From assembly GCA_031414735.1 (NCBI GenBank), contig JANNWL010000227.1:1909-65908 (forward strand): a stretch of DNA of 64,000 bases, given 5' to 3'. The DNA is from Burkholderiales bacterium. GTDB taxonomy: Bacteria > Pseudomonadota > Gammaproteobacteria > Burkholderiales > Burkholderiaceae_C. Shown here one piece after another: positions 1 through 9,144 of the stretch; position 1 is the first letter of the stretch, and each line of letters starts with the position of its first letter. The translations under genes and the position numbers were made by a program. The notes beneath the pieces are model-generated. The model saw nothing but the letters and a program-made list of their open reading frames with translations. It ran no database searches and was not told the origin of the DNA.

Positions 1-2
1 GG

Positions 3-602
3 CATGGTGCGTCGCAACTGGGCCTGATCACGCTCGATGCCTACCGCGTGGGCGCCCACGAACAGCTGCGCACCTACGGCCGCATCCTGGGCGTGCCGGT
101 GCACACGGCGCATGACCGTGCTTCTCTGGAAGATCTGCTGGACCTCCTGTCAGCCAAGAAGATGGTGCTCATCGACACCGCCGGCATGGCCCAGCGAGAC
201 AGCCGCACGCGCGAGCTGCTGGACATGCTCAGCCACAGGGCCATCCAGCGGCTGCTGGTGGTCAACGCGTCGGCGCAGGGCGAGACCATCGAGGACCAGC
301 TCGCGGCCTATGACGCCACGAGCTGCCGCGGTGTGATCCTGTCGAAGATGGACGAGGCCGTGAAACTCGGCCCGGCGCTGGATTCGATGATTCGCCACAA
401 GCTCACCGTGGTGGCCGTGGCCAACGGCCAGCGCGTGCCCGAGGACTGGCACCGCCTGTCGGCCAGCGCCTTGATGCAGCGTGCCCTGGCCAATCCCAGC
501 GCCCCGGCCTGGCGGCTGGACGACTGCGACGTGGGCTTGATCTTTGCCGGCCTGCCGCTGCCGACGGCCGCAGCGGCGGCGGCTTCTGCGCTGCATGCCT
601 GA
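3..602 (+). CDS. flhF: Flagellar biosynthesis SRP-family GTPase FlhF, 5'-truncated by the window edge
   Basis: Frame is open from position 3 (LITLDAYRVGAHEQL, VLIDTAG, ILSKMDE, VANGQRVPED); lies upstream of flhG-fliA. Confidence 0.95.
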   Translation, partial: HGASQLGLITLDAYRVGAHEQLRTYGRILGVPVHTAHDRASLEDLLDLLSAKKMVLIDTAGMAQRDSRTRELLDMLSHRAIQRLLVVNASAQGETIEDQLAAYDATSCRGVILSKMDEAVKLGPALDSMIRHKLTVVAVANGQRVPEDWHRLSASALMQRALANPSAPAWRLDDCDVGLIFAGLPLPTAAAAAASALHA

Positions 603-1413
603 CTCCATGCGCGACTTCTACGCCGCAGCCGCCACCGGAGCGCCCCAGGACCAGGCCGACGGCCTGCGCCGCATGTTCGCGGGCCGACAGCGCCACGTGC
701 TGCCGCTGGTGGCCAACCCGCATGTGCCGTTCTGCGGCGTGGTGCTGGACCGCCTGACTGCCGTGCTGGCCGATCAGGGCCGCCAGGTGCTGGTGGTGGA
801 CGCCGCCGCACATTCACCGCCCCCCCACGAACTGGCCATCCTGGACCTGGCGGCCTGCGTCGAACGCCTGTCCTCGCGCGTGTCCTACCTGGCCGCGCGC
901 GGCCTGCCCATGGCGCATGTCGACACCCGCGGCTGTGCCGGCGCCTTCATCGACGCCGTTCAAGCAGCGGCCCCGCAGGCCGAGGTGATCCTGCTGCACG
1001 CTGAAAGCCCCGACCTGGCACGCATGCTGATGCACCGCAGCGCCCGGCCCCTGCTGATTGCCGCGGACCACCCCGAGAGCGTCAAGCACGCTTACGCCAC
1101 CTGCAAGCTGCTGGCACGGCGCTGCGGGCTGATGACCTTCGACCTGCTGTTGGCCGCCGCCCCGGGGTCGCCGCGCGCGCCGGGCATTGCCGCGACGCTG
1201 GCGCACTGTGCCGACGGGTTTCTGGGCGCCTTGCTGCATGACTGGGCGCAGATCGACCCCGCTGGCGAGCCGGGTGACCCCCCGGACGACGCGCTCGCTC
1301 GGCTGCTGGCGGCGCAACTCAGTCTCGACGAAGTCCCGACCCGCCGCGCAAGCCCGGTCAGCCTTGCCGCCGGCTCATTTCAGCCGACATCGAACACCCA
1401 CGTTTTTCGCTAG
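595..1413 (+). CDS. flhG: FlhG/FleN-like MinD-family protein with a degenerate Walker A
   Basis: DQADGLRR N-terminal motif, VLVVDA strand, position between flhF and fliA; ATG at 595 overlaps the flhF stop; no KGGVGK motif. Confidence 0.75.
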   Translation: MPDSMRDFYAAAATGAPQDQADGLRRMFAGRQRHVLPLVANPHVPFCGVVLDRLTAVLADQGRQVLVVDAAAHSPPPHELAILDLAACVERLSSRVSYLAARGLPMAHVDTRGCAGAFIDAVQAAAPQAEVILLHAESPDLARMLMHRSARPLLIAADHPESVKHAYATCKLLARRCGLMTFDLLLAAAPGSPRAPGIAATLAHCADGFLGALLHDWAQIDPAGEPGDPPDDALARLLAAQLSLDEVPTRRASPVSLAAGSFQPTSNTHVFR

Positions 1414-1424
1414 AGGGCGCACCC

Positions 1425-2138
1425 ATGTACACCGCCAAGGGACAACTCGACGCCGGCCAACTGCTCAAGCAGTACAGCCCGCTGGTGCGCCGCCTGGCCC
1501 ACCAGATGATCGCCAAGCTGCCGGCCAACGTCGAGCTCGACGACCTGATCCAGGTCGGCATGATCGGCCTGAGCGATGCCTTGTCGCGCTTCGATGCCGC
1601 GCAGGGTGTGCAGTTCGAGACCTTCGCCACCCAGCGCATCCGCGGCGCCATGCTCGACGAGCTGCGCGGCAACGACTGGATGAGCCGCGGCGACCGCCGC
1701 CACCAGCGCAGCATCGAGACCGCGGTGCACAAGCTGGAACAGCGCTTCGGCCGCGCCCCCAGCGAAGGCGAGATCGCACGCGAGATGGGCTTGTCGCTGA
1801 CCGACTACCAGGAACTGCTGGGCAAGGTGCGCGGCACCCAGCTCATCTACCTGGAAGACATGAGCGGCGACGAGGGTGACGACGACTTCCTCGACCGCCA
1901 CGTTGCCGACAAGTCCCTCAACCCGATGTCGCGTTTGCAGGACCAGCGCATGCGCGAGGCCCTGGTCGAGGCCATCAAGAACCTGCCCGAGCGCGAGCAG
2001 TATGTGATGAGCATGTACTACGAACAGGACATGAACCTGAAGGAAATCGCCGCCGTGCTGGGCGTGACCGAAAGCCGCGTCTGCCAGCTGCACAGCCAGT
2101 CCATCGCCCGGTTGCGGGCGAGATTGCGGGAGTGGTAG
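1425..2138 (+). CDS. fliA: RNA polymerase sigma-28 factor FliA
   Basis: DDLIQVGMIGL, FETFATQRIRGAMLDELR, region 4 EIAAVLGVTESRVCQLH. Confidence 0.98.
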   Translation: MYTAKGQLDAGQLLKQYSPLVRRLAHQMIAKLPANVELDDLIQVGMIGLSDALSRFDAAQGVQFETFATQRIRGAMLDELRGNDWMSRGDRRHQRSIETAVHKLEQRFGRAPSEGEIAREMGLSLTDYQELLGKVRGTQLIYLEDMSGDEGDDDFLDRHVADKSLNPMSRLQDQRMREALVEAIKNLPEREQYVMSMYYEQDMNLKEIAAVLGVTESRVCQLHSQSIARLRARLREW

Positions 2139-2210
2139 AGATAGAACTCAGCGAGCGGTAGGTGAAGTGCCCTATCTGCGGACGCCCATGGTGCGATCAG
2201 CGTGTACGTT

Positions 2211-2229
2211 GATATCTATTTGTGATATC
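2211..2229. promoter_or_regulatory. Candidate hicAB operator, GATATC-N7-GATATC
   Basis: Two self-palindromic GATATC boxes (2211-2216, 2224-2229) in an AT-rich patch 8 bp before hicA; TTGATA at 2209-2214 overlaps the first box. Confidence 0.45.
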
Positions 2230-2237
2230 TTCTGCAC

Positions 2238-2492
2238 GTGAACACGAAGCAGCGAAAGGTCTTGGAGGCCATTTACTTCAAGCCGACATTGGCTTCGGTC
2301 GTGTTCGCAGACATCGAGTCGCTGATCAGGGCCTTGGGCGGTACGGTGCTGGAGCGCGCGGGCTCACGCGTCAGTGTCTTGCTGATGGGCGAGGAGTGGC
2401 GTTGCCACCGGCCACATCCCGGCAAGGAAGCCAAGCGATACCAAGTTGAACAGGCGCGCGATCTGCTGGACCGCGCAGGAGTTCGTCCATGA
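2238..2492 (+). CDS. hicA: Type II toxin HicA
   Basis: 84 aa, GSRV and HRPHPGKEAKRYQVE motifs; ATGA overlap with the next gene. Confidence 0.9.
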   Translation: MNTKQRKVLEAIYFKPTLASVVFADIESLIRALGGTVLERAGSRVSVLLMGEEWRCHRPHPGKEAKRYQVEQARDLLDRAGVRP

Positions 2493-2827
2493 ACACCATG
2501 AACCATCAGGGCTACACGGCCCGCGTCGAATTTGACGAGCGCGACAATATTTTCGTGGGTCGTATTCTCGGCGTCCGCGCGATCATCAGTTTCCACGGGC
2601 AGACCGTGAAAGAACTTCGCAAGCAGTTCGAGCATGCGGTTGAAGACTACTTGGCCGAATGTTCTGAAAGGGGTGTCACCGCCGAAAAGCCGGCCTCTGG
2701 CAGGCTGTTGCTGCGGCTTGCGCCAGAAGTGCACGGGCGGGCGATGGTGGTCGCGCAGGCATCAGGCAAGAGCCTGAACCAATGGGTGGCAGAGACACTG
2801 GAACGAGCGGTCGCAGCAGCGACGTGA
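2489..2827 (+). CDS. hicB: Type II antitoxin HicB with C-terminal RHH domain
   Basis: YTARVEFDERDNIFVGRI, SFHG, AVEDYL, KPASGRLLLRL, SLNQWV. Confidence 0.92.
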   Translation: MNTMNHQGYTARVEFDERDNIFVGRILGVRAIISFHGQTVKELRKQFEHAVEDYLAECSERGVTAEKPASGRLLLRLAPEVHGRAMVVAQASGKSLNQWVAETLERAVAAAT

Positions 2828-2920
2828 GCACCGGTGTCAGACTGGATCGATCGCCCTCCCCAGGGTGGGTGTTCGCACCATGAGACTTGAAGCGCAGGTG
2901 GCATGGCCCGCCGCAGTCCC

Positions 2921-2953
2921 AACAAAAAACCGGCCTCGGCCGGTTTTGTTGTT
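2921..2953. terminator. Bidirectional intrinsic terminator between hicB and the flgN-like gene
   Basis: AAAACCGGC-CTCG-GCCGGTTTT stem-loop with A/T tracts on both sides, between convergent genes. Confidence 0.85.
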
Positions 2954-2992
2954 TCTGTGGTCCGGGGCCGCGCCCCGGCCTGGCGTGGCGGG

Positions 2993-3400
2993 TCAGGCCA
3001 GGAGGCTGCCGCTCTGGCCGATCGACCGCGGCGTGTGGCCACCGGCCGAGTACAGGGCAGGTTGGGTGGGCAGGCGGGGCAGCAGCACGTCGATGGCGCG
3101 GTCCAGCGACGTGGTGGCACGGGCCAGGGCCTCGCGTTGGGCTGCGACCTGGCCGCCGGCCAGAGCCAAGCGGCGCCGCAGGCCCGGCGGCACGCCACCC
3201 GCCTTGGCCGCGCGGCCGAAGTGGTCCACAGCGTTTGCCAGCGCAGCGTGCAGTTCGGCGGCCAAGCGCTCGACGGCCGGGGCGTCCTGGCGGTGCAGGG
3301 CCACGCCCAAGGCATTCAGGCCGACTTCCACCGCGGCCAGGGGCGCTTCAAGCGCGGCGGCCTGCTGCAAGGCGCGGCGCTCTTCAGATGACGTGTTCAT
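2993..3400 (-). CDS. Helical protein downstream of flgM, probably a divergent FlgN-like export chaperone
   Basis: 135 aa, predicted all-helical, occupies the flgN position 17 bp after flgM; the assignment is positional. Confidence 0.55.
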   Translation of the reverse strand: MNTSSEERRALQQAAALEAPLAAVEVGLNALGVALHRQDAPAVERLAAELHAALANAVDHFGRAAKAGGVPPGLRRRLALAGGQVAAQREALARATTSLDRAIDVLLPRLPTQPALYSAGGHTPRSIGQSGSLLA

Positions 3401-3417
3401 CGGTCGGGGGCCTCGGT

Positions 3418-3714
3418 TCAGTTGGGCTTGGACTTCGGCCCAAGCAGCTCTTCGGCATTGATGATGAGCTTGTCGGCGATGACCTCGGCGTTCACCTTGA
3501 ACTTGCCGTCACGTATGGCCTGGGCGATGCGCTCGACCTTGGCCGTGTCGAACGTGGTGTCGCCCGTGGCCACCGACAGCGAGGACGCCGCAGGTGACAA
3601 GGCGACCTTGGCGCTGGCTTCGGCGGCTGGCGGAGCCGCGGCCTCGGGCGTGATCTTGCGCTCCGCCGGCAAAGGCGGGAGGGCGGGCTTTGAATCGAGG
3701 GGACCGATCTTCAT
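3418..3714 (-). CDS. flgM: Anti-sigma-28 factor FlgM
   Basis: FDTAKVERIAQAIRDGKFKVNAEVIADKLI C-terminal signature. Confidence 0.95.
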   Translation of the reverse strand: MKIGPLDSKPALPPLPAERKITPEAAAPPAAEASAKVALSPAASSLSVATGDTTFDTAKVERIAQAIRDGKFKVNAEVIADKLIINAEELLGPKSKPN

Positions 3715-3768
3715 GGTGGGCTCCTGTCTGGGACACGGTGACCGTGCTGACCCGTTGACATAGATGGG

Positions 3769-3796
3769 GTATCGGCCGGGGTACAGGCCAACTTTA
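3769..3796 (-). promoter_or_regulatory. Sigma-28 promoter of flgM
   Basis: Minus strand reads TAAAGTTG...GCCGATAC (TAAA-N16-GCCGATAC; consensus TAAA-N15-GCCGATAA). Confidence 0.75.
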
Positions 3797-3849
3797 GGGC
3801 CAGTTGATTATTTTTCACGATTTTGGTCCGCCCCTGGGGGTCGGTGGCC

Positions 3850-4551
3850 TCAAAGGATGACCTCGACGCGCTTTTCGCCTGACGGCAGACCGCTGAGCAC
3901 GCGGCCCTGGTCCGTGCGCACGCGCGCCGGCTGGCCCTCAACGCCGTTGGAAAGCGCCTGCCCATCGCCAGTGATGGCGAAGCCCGGTCCGCTGGCGCGG
4001 ATGCGCACGGTATCGCCCGCAGCAAACCACTGGCGGGCTTGCAGGTCGGCTGGGCGCAGGGCCTGGCCGGCCGACAACGGGCGGGCCAAAACGCGGCCGA
4101 TCAGGTCGGTGCCCGAGCCGAACGGCGGGCTGCCGGCAGCCCAGTCGACTTCGACGGTGCGCAAGTCTGTCAGTGTCAGCCGGGCGCCGGCGGGCAGGGC
4201 GCCCACCGTCGCCAGCGCCGGAGCGAGGACTTGAATGTGCACCGGCACGAAAATGTTCCACGCCACACGCCCTTGCGTGCAGCGCAGGCCGACGCGGGTG
4301 CGGCCCCACACGGGGGTGCCGCGGGGCAGGTGGGGTTCGGTCTGCGCGCACGCGGCGAGCTGCAGGCGCGGGTCCAGCGGCACGGCGCTGGCCAGCACGC
4401 GGGCACCGGCGGGCGCACGCGCCGCAGCTGTGCTGCGCGCCAGTTCTACCGCCTGGCTGACACCTTCTGCCGGGGGCTGCGCGCCTGCGGGCGCAGCCAG
4501 GGCCCACAAGGTGGCAGCCAGGGCAGGGCGGACGTGGTGGACTTTGGGCAC
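3850..4551 (-). CDS. flgA: Flagellar P-ring chaperone FlgA
   Basis: Signal peptide (ALAAPAGAQ), DPRLQLAAC, WGRTRVGLRC, SAF domain, GDTVRI; GTG start at 4551 is my choice (ORF is open to 4674). Confidence 0.9.
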   Translation of the reverse strand: MPKVHHVRPALAATLWALAAPAGAQPPAEGVSQAVELARSTAAARAPAGARVLASAVPLDPRLQLAACAQTEPHLPRGTPVWGRTRVGLRCTQGRVAWNIFVPVHIQVLAPALATVGALPAGARLTLTDLRTVEVDWAAGSPPFGSGTDLIGRVLARPLSAGQALRPADLQARQWFAAGDTVRIRASGPGFAITGDGQALSNGVEGQPARVRTDQGRVLSGLPSGEKRVEVIL

Positions 4552-4693
4552 GCCACCAATGTAGCCAGCCGCACGCGGGGCCGTAGGCGGGAATTGGCGA
4601 CCCAAGCGGTCCCTTATCCGGCTCATGTTCTGACGCGTGCTGACCAGAATGCGCTCTCGGGTCGGGGTGTCCACGGCCCGTCAGGAGCGTTCG

Positions 4694-5101
4694 ATGATCC
4701 CCAAGCTGACCGAGTCGCTGGACTTTCACAGCCAGGCCTTGATGTTGCGCGCTGTACGGCAACGGCTGATCGCCAGCAACATCGCCAACGCCGACACGCC
4801 CGGCTACCAGGCCCGTGACTTCGACTTCGCCCAGGCCCTGCGCCAGGCCACCGGCGGCGGCGCGGCCACCGGGCAGGGCATTGCGGCGGACATCATGGCC
4901 GCTGCCAGCAACGGGCGTGCCGCACCCAGCCTGCGCTACGCCACGCCGAGCCAGACCAGCCTGGACAACAACAGCGTCGACATGAACCGCGAGCGCGGTG
5001 CCTTTGCCGAGAACGCCATCCGCTACGAGTCGACGCTACGCTTCATCAACGGCAACGTGCGCACCATGCTCGACGCCATGAAGAGCCACAACCAGGGCTG
5101 A
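4694..5101 (+). CDS. flgB: Flagellar basal-body rod protein FlgB
   Basis: IASNIANADTPGYQARD, DNNSVDMNRE; GGAG RBS before ATG 4694. Confidence 0.96.
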   Translation: MIPKLTESLDFHSQALMLRAVRQRLIASNIANADTPGYQARDFDFAQALRQATGGGAATGQGIAADIMAAASNGRAAPSLRYATPSQTSLDNNSVDMNRERGAFAENAIRYESTLRFINGNVRTMLDAMKSHNQG

Positions 5102-5109
5102 ACTGAACC

Positions 5110-5529
5110 ATGAGCCTCTTCAACGTCTTCAACGTCTCGGGCAGCGCGGTCAGCGCACAAAGCCAGCGGCTGAACATCGTCGCTTCCAACCTCAGCAACG
5201 CCGACACCGTGGCCGGCCCCGACGGCAGGCCCTACAAGGCGCGCCAGGTCGTGTTCCAGACCCTGCTCATGGGCGGCCGCGGTCAGCCCGCCGCCGCTGC
5301 GGGTGTGAAGGTGGCCGAGATCACTGAAAGCCAGGCCGAGGGCCGCCGCGTCTTCGACCCCAAGCACAAGTCGGCAGACACCGAGGGTTACGTGACTTAC
5401 AGCAACGTCAACACGGTGGAGGAGATGGTCAACATGATGTCGGCCTCGCGCTCGTACCAGAACAACATCGAGGTCATGAACACGGCGCGCAGCCTGTTGC
5501 TCAAGACCTTGCAGATCGGTCAGAGCTGA
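5110..5529 (+). CDS. flgC: Flagellar basal-body rod protein FlgC
   Basis: RLNIVASNLSNAD, SNVNTVEEMVNMMSASRSYQNN. Confidence 0.97.
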   Translation: MSLFNVFNVSGSAVSAQSQRLNIVASNLSNADTVAGPDGRPYKARQVVFQTLLMGGRGQPAAAAGVKVAEITESQAEGRRVFDPKHKSADTEGYVTYSNVNTVEEMVNMMSASRSYQNNIEVMNTARSLLLKTLQIGQS

Positions 5530-5549
5530 ACGGCTGAAGGACACGCGCC

Positions 5550-6209
5550 ATGACGACCATCAACGCCACCGCCAGCCTGCTTGCAGGCAGCAGCACCAGC
5601 AACCCCGTGCAGACCGCCAACGAGGCGGGCAGCGCCGACCGCTTCCTGAAGCTGCTCGTCACCCAGCTGCAGAACCAGGACCCGCTGAATCCGCTGGACA
5701 ACGCGCAGATCACGAGCCAGATGGCGCAGATCAACACCGTCAGCGGCATCGAAAAGCTCAACACCACGGTGCAGGGCCTGAATGGCCAGTTCATGCAGAT
5801 GCAGGTGTTGCAGGGCACGGCCCTGGTCGGGCGTGACGTGACGCTGCCGGGCAACAAGCTGGCGCTGGAGGACGGGGTCGGCACGGCCGGCTTCGAGCTG
5901 GCCGGTCCCGCCGACCGCGTGGTCGTGGAGGTGCTGGCACCTTCGGGCCGCGTCATCGACACACTCAGCCTGGGGGCGCAGTCCGCCGGCCGCAGTTCCT
6001 TCAACTGGACCCCGGCTGCGGCGAGCGGTGCGGTGGACGGCGAGAAGTACAGCTTTCGCATCGCCGCCACGACGGGCACAACGCGGGTTGGCAGCGAGCC
6101 GCTGATGCTGGACCGCGTGCGCGCGGTCAGCCTCGACGGTGACCGCCTGATGCTGGAAACCCAGAACTCGGGCCGCGTCGCCTATGGCGACATCCGCGCC
6201 TTCAATTGA
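5550..6209 (+). CDS. flgD: Flagellar hook assembly protein FlgD
   Basis: FLKLLVTQLQNQDPLNPLDN signature. Confidence 0.97.
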   Translation: MTTINATASLLAGSSTSNPVQTANEAGSADRFLKLLVTQLQNQDPLNPLDNAQITSQMAQINTVSGIEKLNTTVQGLNGQFMQMQVLQGTALVGRDVTLPGNKLALEDGVGTAGFELAGPADRVVVEVLAPSGRVIDTLSLGAQSAGRSSFNWTPAAASGAVDGEKYSFRIAATTGTTRVGSEPLMLDRVRAVSLDGDRLMLETQNSGRVAYGDIRAFN

Positions 6210-6252
6210 CCGTCAAACGCAGCCACCGCAGCCAACGAAAGAAGGAACTTCC

Positions 6253-7473
6253 ATGAGCTTCCAGCAAGGCCTCTCCGGACTCAATGCCACCAGCAAAAGT
6301 CTGGACGTCATAGGCAACAACATCGCCAATGCCAACACCTACGGCTCCAAGGTGGCGCGCGCCGAGTTTTCTGATTTGTATGCCGCGTCGCTGGGCAACG
6401 AGGGCTCCAACCTCGTCGGCATCGGCACCAAGATGTCCGCGGTGGCGCAGCAGTTCAGCCAGGGCGGCATCACGACCACGTCCAATCCCATGGATCTGGC
6501 CATCAACGGCGCAGGCTTCTTTCAGCTCGCGGACCCGGCGGGCTCCAGCCGCAGCTTTTCACGCAATGGCCAGTTCAAGGTGGACGTCGAGGGCTACGTC
6601 GTGACCAACAGCGGCATGCGTCTGATGGGCATCCCGGCCGACACCGGTGCCGGTGCCGAGCCGACGGCGCTGAAGCTGCCGACCGGACGCATGTTGCCGC
6701 CGCAGCCCACGGCCAGTGTGACGGTCGAGTTCAATCTCGATTCGCGCAATGCCGCGCCCACCCAGCCCATCAACTTCAGCGACGAGAGCACGTACAACAG
6801 CGCGACTTCGGTCACGGTGCATGACGCGCAAGGCATCAGCTCCGCCGTGACGCTGTACTTCCGCAAGACTGCAGCACCCAACACCTGGGAGGTCTACGCC
6901 ACCCAGAACGGGCTGTCAGTGAATGACCCCCCCACGCCGCTGACCGAGTTGGTCTTTGCCGACGGCGGCACTGCGCCCACGGCGCCGTTGGCGCCGTTCG
7001 ACTTGCCGGTCCTCAGTGCCGGCGGTCTGGCGCGAACGCTGCAGATGGACATGACCAAGGCGACCCAGTTCGGAGCCAGCTTCGCCGTCTCGGACCTGCT
7101 CCAGGATGGCTTCAGCGCTGGCCAACTCACGTCGGTGGCGGTCGAAAAGAATGGCGAGATATCGGCCCGCTATTCCAACGGCGAAACGCGTCCGGCGGGC
7201 ACATTGATCCTGGCCAACTTCCGCAATCCCCAGGGCCTGGTGCCCGTGGGTGACAACGCGTGGCGACAGTCCTCGGCGTCGGGCGAGGTGGTGCCCGGTC
7301 AGCCCGGCGACGGCCTGGTGGGCGCGGTGCAGGCCGGCGCGCTGGAAGAGAGCAACGTCGACCTGACCGCCGAGCTGGTCAACATGATCACCACCCAACG
7401 CATGTACCAGGCGAATGCCCAGGCGGTGAAGACGCAGGACCAGATCCTGCAAACACTCGTCAACCTCCGCTAG
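6253..7473 (+). CDS. flgE: Flagellar hook protein FlgE
   Basis: MSFQQGLSGLNA, VIGNNIANANT, LEESNVDLTAELVNMI; AAGGA RBS before ATG 6253. Confidence 0.97.
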   Translation: MSFQQGLSGLNATSKSLDVIGNNIANANTYGSKVARAEFSDLYAASLGNEGSNLVGIGTKMSAVAQQFSQGGITTTSNPMDLAINGAGFFQLADPAGSSRSFSRNGQFKVDVEGYVVTNSGMRLMGIPADTGAGAEPTALKLPTGRMLPPQPTASVTVEFNLDSRNAAPTQPINFSDESTYNSATSVTVHDAQGISSAVTLYFRKTAAPNTWEVYATQNGLSVNDPPTPLTELVFADGGTAPTAPLAPFDLPVLSAGGLARTLQMDMTKATQFGASFAVSDLLQDGFSAGQLTSVAVEKNGEISARYSNGETRPAGTLILANFRNPQGLVPVGDNAWRQSSASGEVVPGQPGDGLVGAVQAGALEESNVDLTAELVNMITTQRMYQANAQAVKTQDQILQTLVNLR

Positions 7474-7492
7474 CCCGGGCCGACGCTGACCG

Positions 7493-8215
7493 ATGGACCG
7501 CCTCATCTACCTGTCCATGGCCGGCGCCAAGGCCACCATGCAGCGCCAGGACGTGCTGGCCAACAACCTGGCGAATGCGTCGACCACCGGCTTTCGCGCC
7601 GAGATGCAGGCCTTTCGCGCCGTGCCCGTGCGGGGCGACGGCGCCAGCACGCGCGTTTACGCGTTGGAATCGACGATCGGCAACGACACCCGGGCCGGCC
7701 CGTTGCAGCAGACCGGCCGCGGCCTGGACGTGGCCGCCCAAGGCAACGCCTGGTTTGCCGTGCAGGCGCTGGATGGCACCGAGGCCTACACGCGCAACGG
7801 CGCGTTCCAGGTCGACTCGCAGGGGCAGCTCGTCACCAGCACAGGTCTGCCCGTGCTGGGTGACGGCGGCCCCATCACCTTGCCTGCGGGCGCCGCGGTC
7901 GAGGTCGCCGCCGACGGCAGTATCAACGCCACGGTCGGCAACGGCCGACCGCAGCAGGCCGGGCGCTTGAAGCTCGTCAGCCCAGAGGCCCCCTTGCTGC
8001 GCGGTACCGACGGTCTGTTTCGCGCAGCCGACGGCGACCTCACCGCCGACCCCGCCGCGCGCGTGCAGGGCGGGGCGCTGGAGGGGTCCAACGTGAACCC
8101 CATCGAGACCATGGTGGCGATGATCGCCGCGGCGCGCCAGTTCGAGCACCAGATGAAGATGCTGCAAGGCGCCGAGCAGCGCGAGCAGGGTGCTGCCAAG
8201 CTGCTCGCACCCTGA
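7493..8215 (+). CDS. flgF: Flagellar basal-body rod protein FlgF
   Basis: MDRLIYLSMAGA, NNLANASTTGFR, LEGSNVN. Confidence 0.96.
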   Translation: MDRLIYLSMAGAKATMQRQDVLANNLANASTTGFRAEMQAFRAVPVRGDGASTRVYALESTIGNDTRAGPLQQTGRGLDVAAQGNAWFAVQALDGTEAYTRNGAFQVDSQGQLVTSTGLPVLGDGGPITLPAGAAVEVAADGSINATVGNGRPQQAGRLKLVSPEAPLLRGTDGLFRAADGDLTADPAARVQGGALEGSNVNPIETMVAMIAAARQFEHQMKMLQGAEQREQGAAKLLAP

Positions 8216-8358
8216 TCTCCAGGCCGCAGCGTCCCGCCCGCGGGGCGCCGGACGGGCCGGACGGACCGGAAAAAGGCGTCCCATGACCCCGCTTTTCCAA
8301 GCCTGGCCGGGCTCAAGTCCACGCCAACATCGGCGCTTACTCGCAAGGGGCACGCACC

Positions 8359-9141
8359 ATGATCCGATCGCTGTGGATTGCCAAGACCGGCATGGAAGGC
8401 CAGCAGACCAAGCTGGACGCCATCGCCAACAACCTGGCCAACACGGGCACCAACGGCTTCAAGCGTGGCGGTGTGGTGTTCGAGGACCTGATGTACCAGA
8501 ACCTGCGCCAGGCCGGCTCGGCCACCTCGGACCAGAGCACGCTGCCCACGGGTTTGCAGGTGGGCCTGGGCGTGCGCGCCGCGGGCACCACGCGCAACTT
8601 CGGCCAGGGCGCGCTGCAGCAGACGGGCAACAACCTGGACATGGCCGTCCAGGGCCAAGGCTTCTTTCAGGTGCAGTTGCCGGACGGCAGCACCGGCTAC
8701 ACGCGTGACGGCGCGTTCCAGGTCGACGCCAACGGCCAGCTCGTCACCAGCGCCGGTTACCCGGTGCAGCCCGGCATCACCATCCCCGCCAACGCGCAGA
8801 ACGTGAGTGTGGCCCGGGACGGCACGGTCAATGTCAGCCTGCCGGGCCAGGTCGCGCCACAGGGGCTGGGGCAGTTGCAGCTCGCGTCCTTCGTCAACCC
8901 GGCGGGCCTGGACCCACGGGGCGGCAATCTCTTTGGCGAGACTGCCGCGTCGGGCACGCCGAATGCCGGCGCGCCTGGCGCGAACGGGCTGGGCTCCTTG
9001 CAGCAAGGCTTTGTCGAGGGCAGCAACGTCAACGTGATCGAGGAGCTGGTGTCGATGATCGCCACCCAGCGCGCCTACGAACTCAATTCCAAGGCCGTGC
9101 AGACGTCAGACCAAATGCTGCAGCGCCTGGCGCAGCTCTGA
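8359..9141 (+). CDS. flgG: Flagellar distal rod protein FlgG
   Basis: [35 protein letters not shown]. Confidence 0.97.
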   Translation: MIRSLWIAKTGMEGQQTKLDAIANNLANTGTNGFKRGGVVFEDLMYQNLRQAGSATSDQSTLPTGLQVGLGVRAAGTTRNFGQGALQQTGNNLDMAVQGQGFFQVQLPDGSTGYTRDGAFQVDANGQLVTSAGYPVQPGITIPANAQNVSVARDGTVNVSLPGQVAPQGLGQLQLASFVNPAGLDPRGGNLFGETAASGTPNAGAPGANGLGSLQQGFVEGSNVNVIEELVSMIATQRAYELNSKAVQTSDQMLQRLAQL

Positions 9142-9144
9142 GCC

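Noticed and set aside
2865-3597. Several plus-strand ORFs over flgN-like/flgM, and 3938-4818 over flgA
   Set aside because: Arg/Pro-rich shadow frames opposite recognisable flagellar genes.
8313-8340. TCAAG motif before flgG as a sigma28 promoter
   Set aside because: At N15 spacing the -10 box reads GGCGCTTA, a poor match to GCCGATAA.
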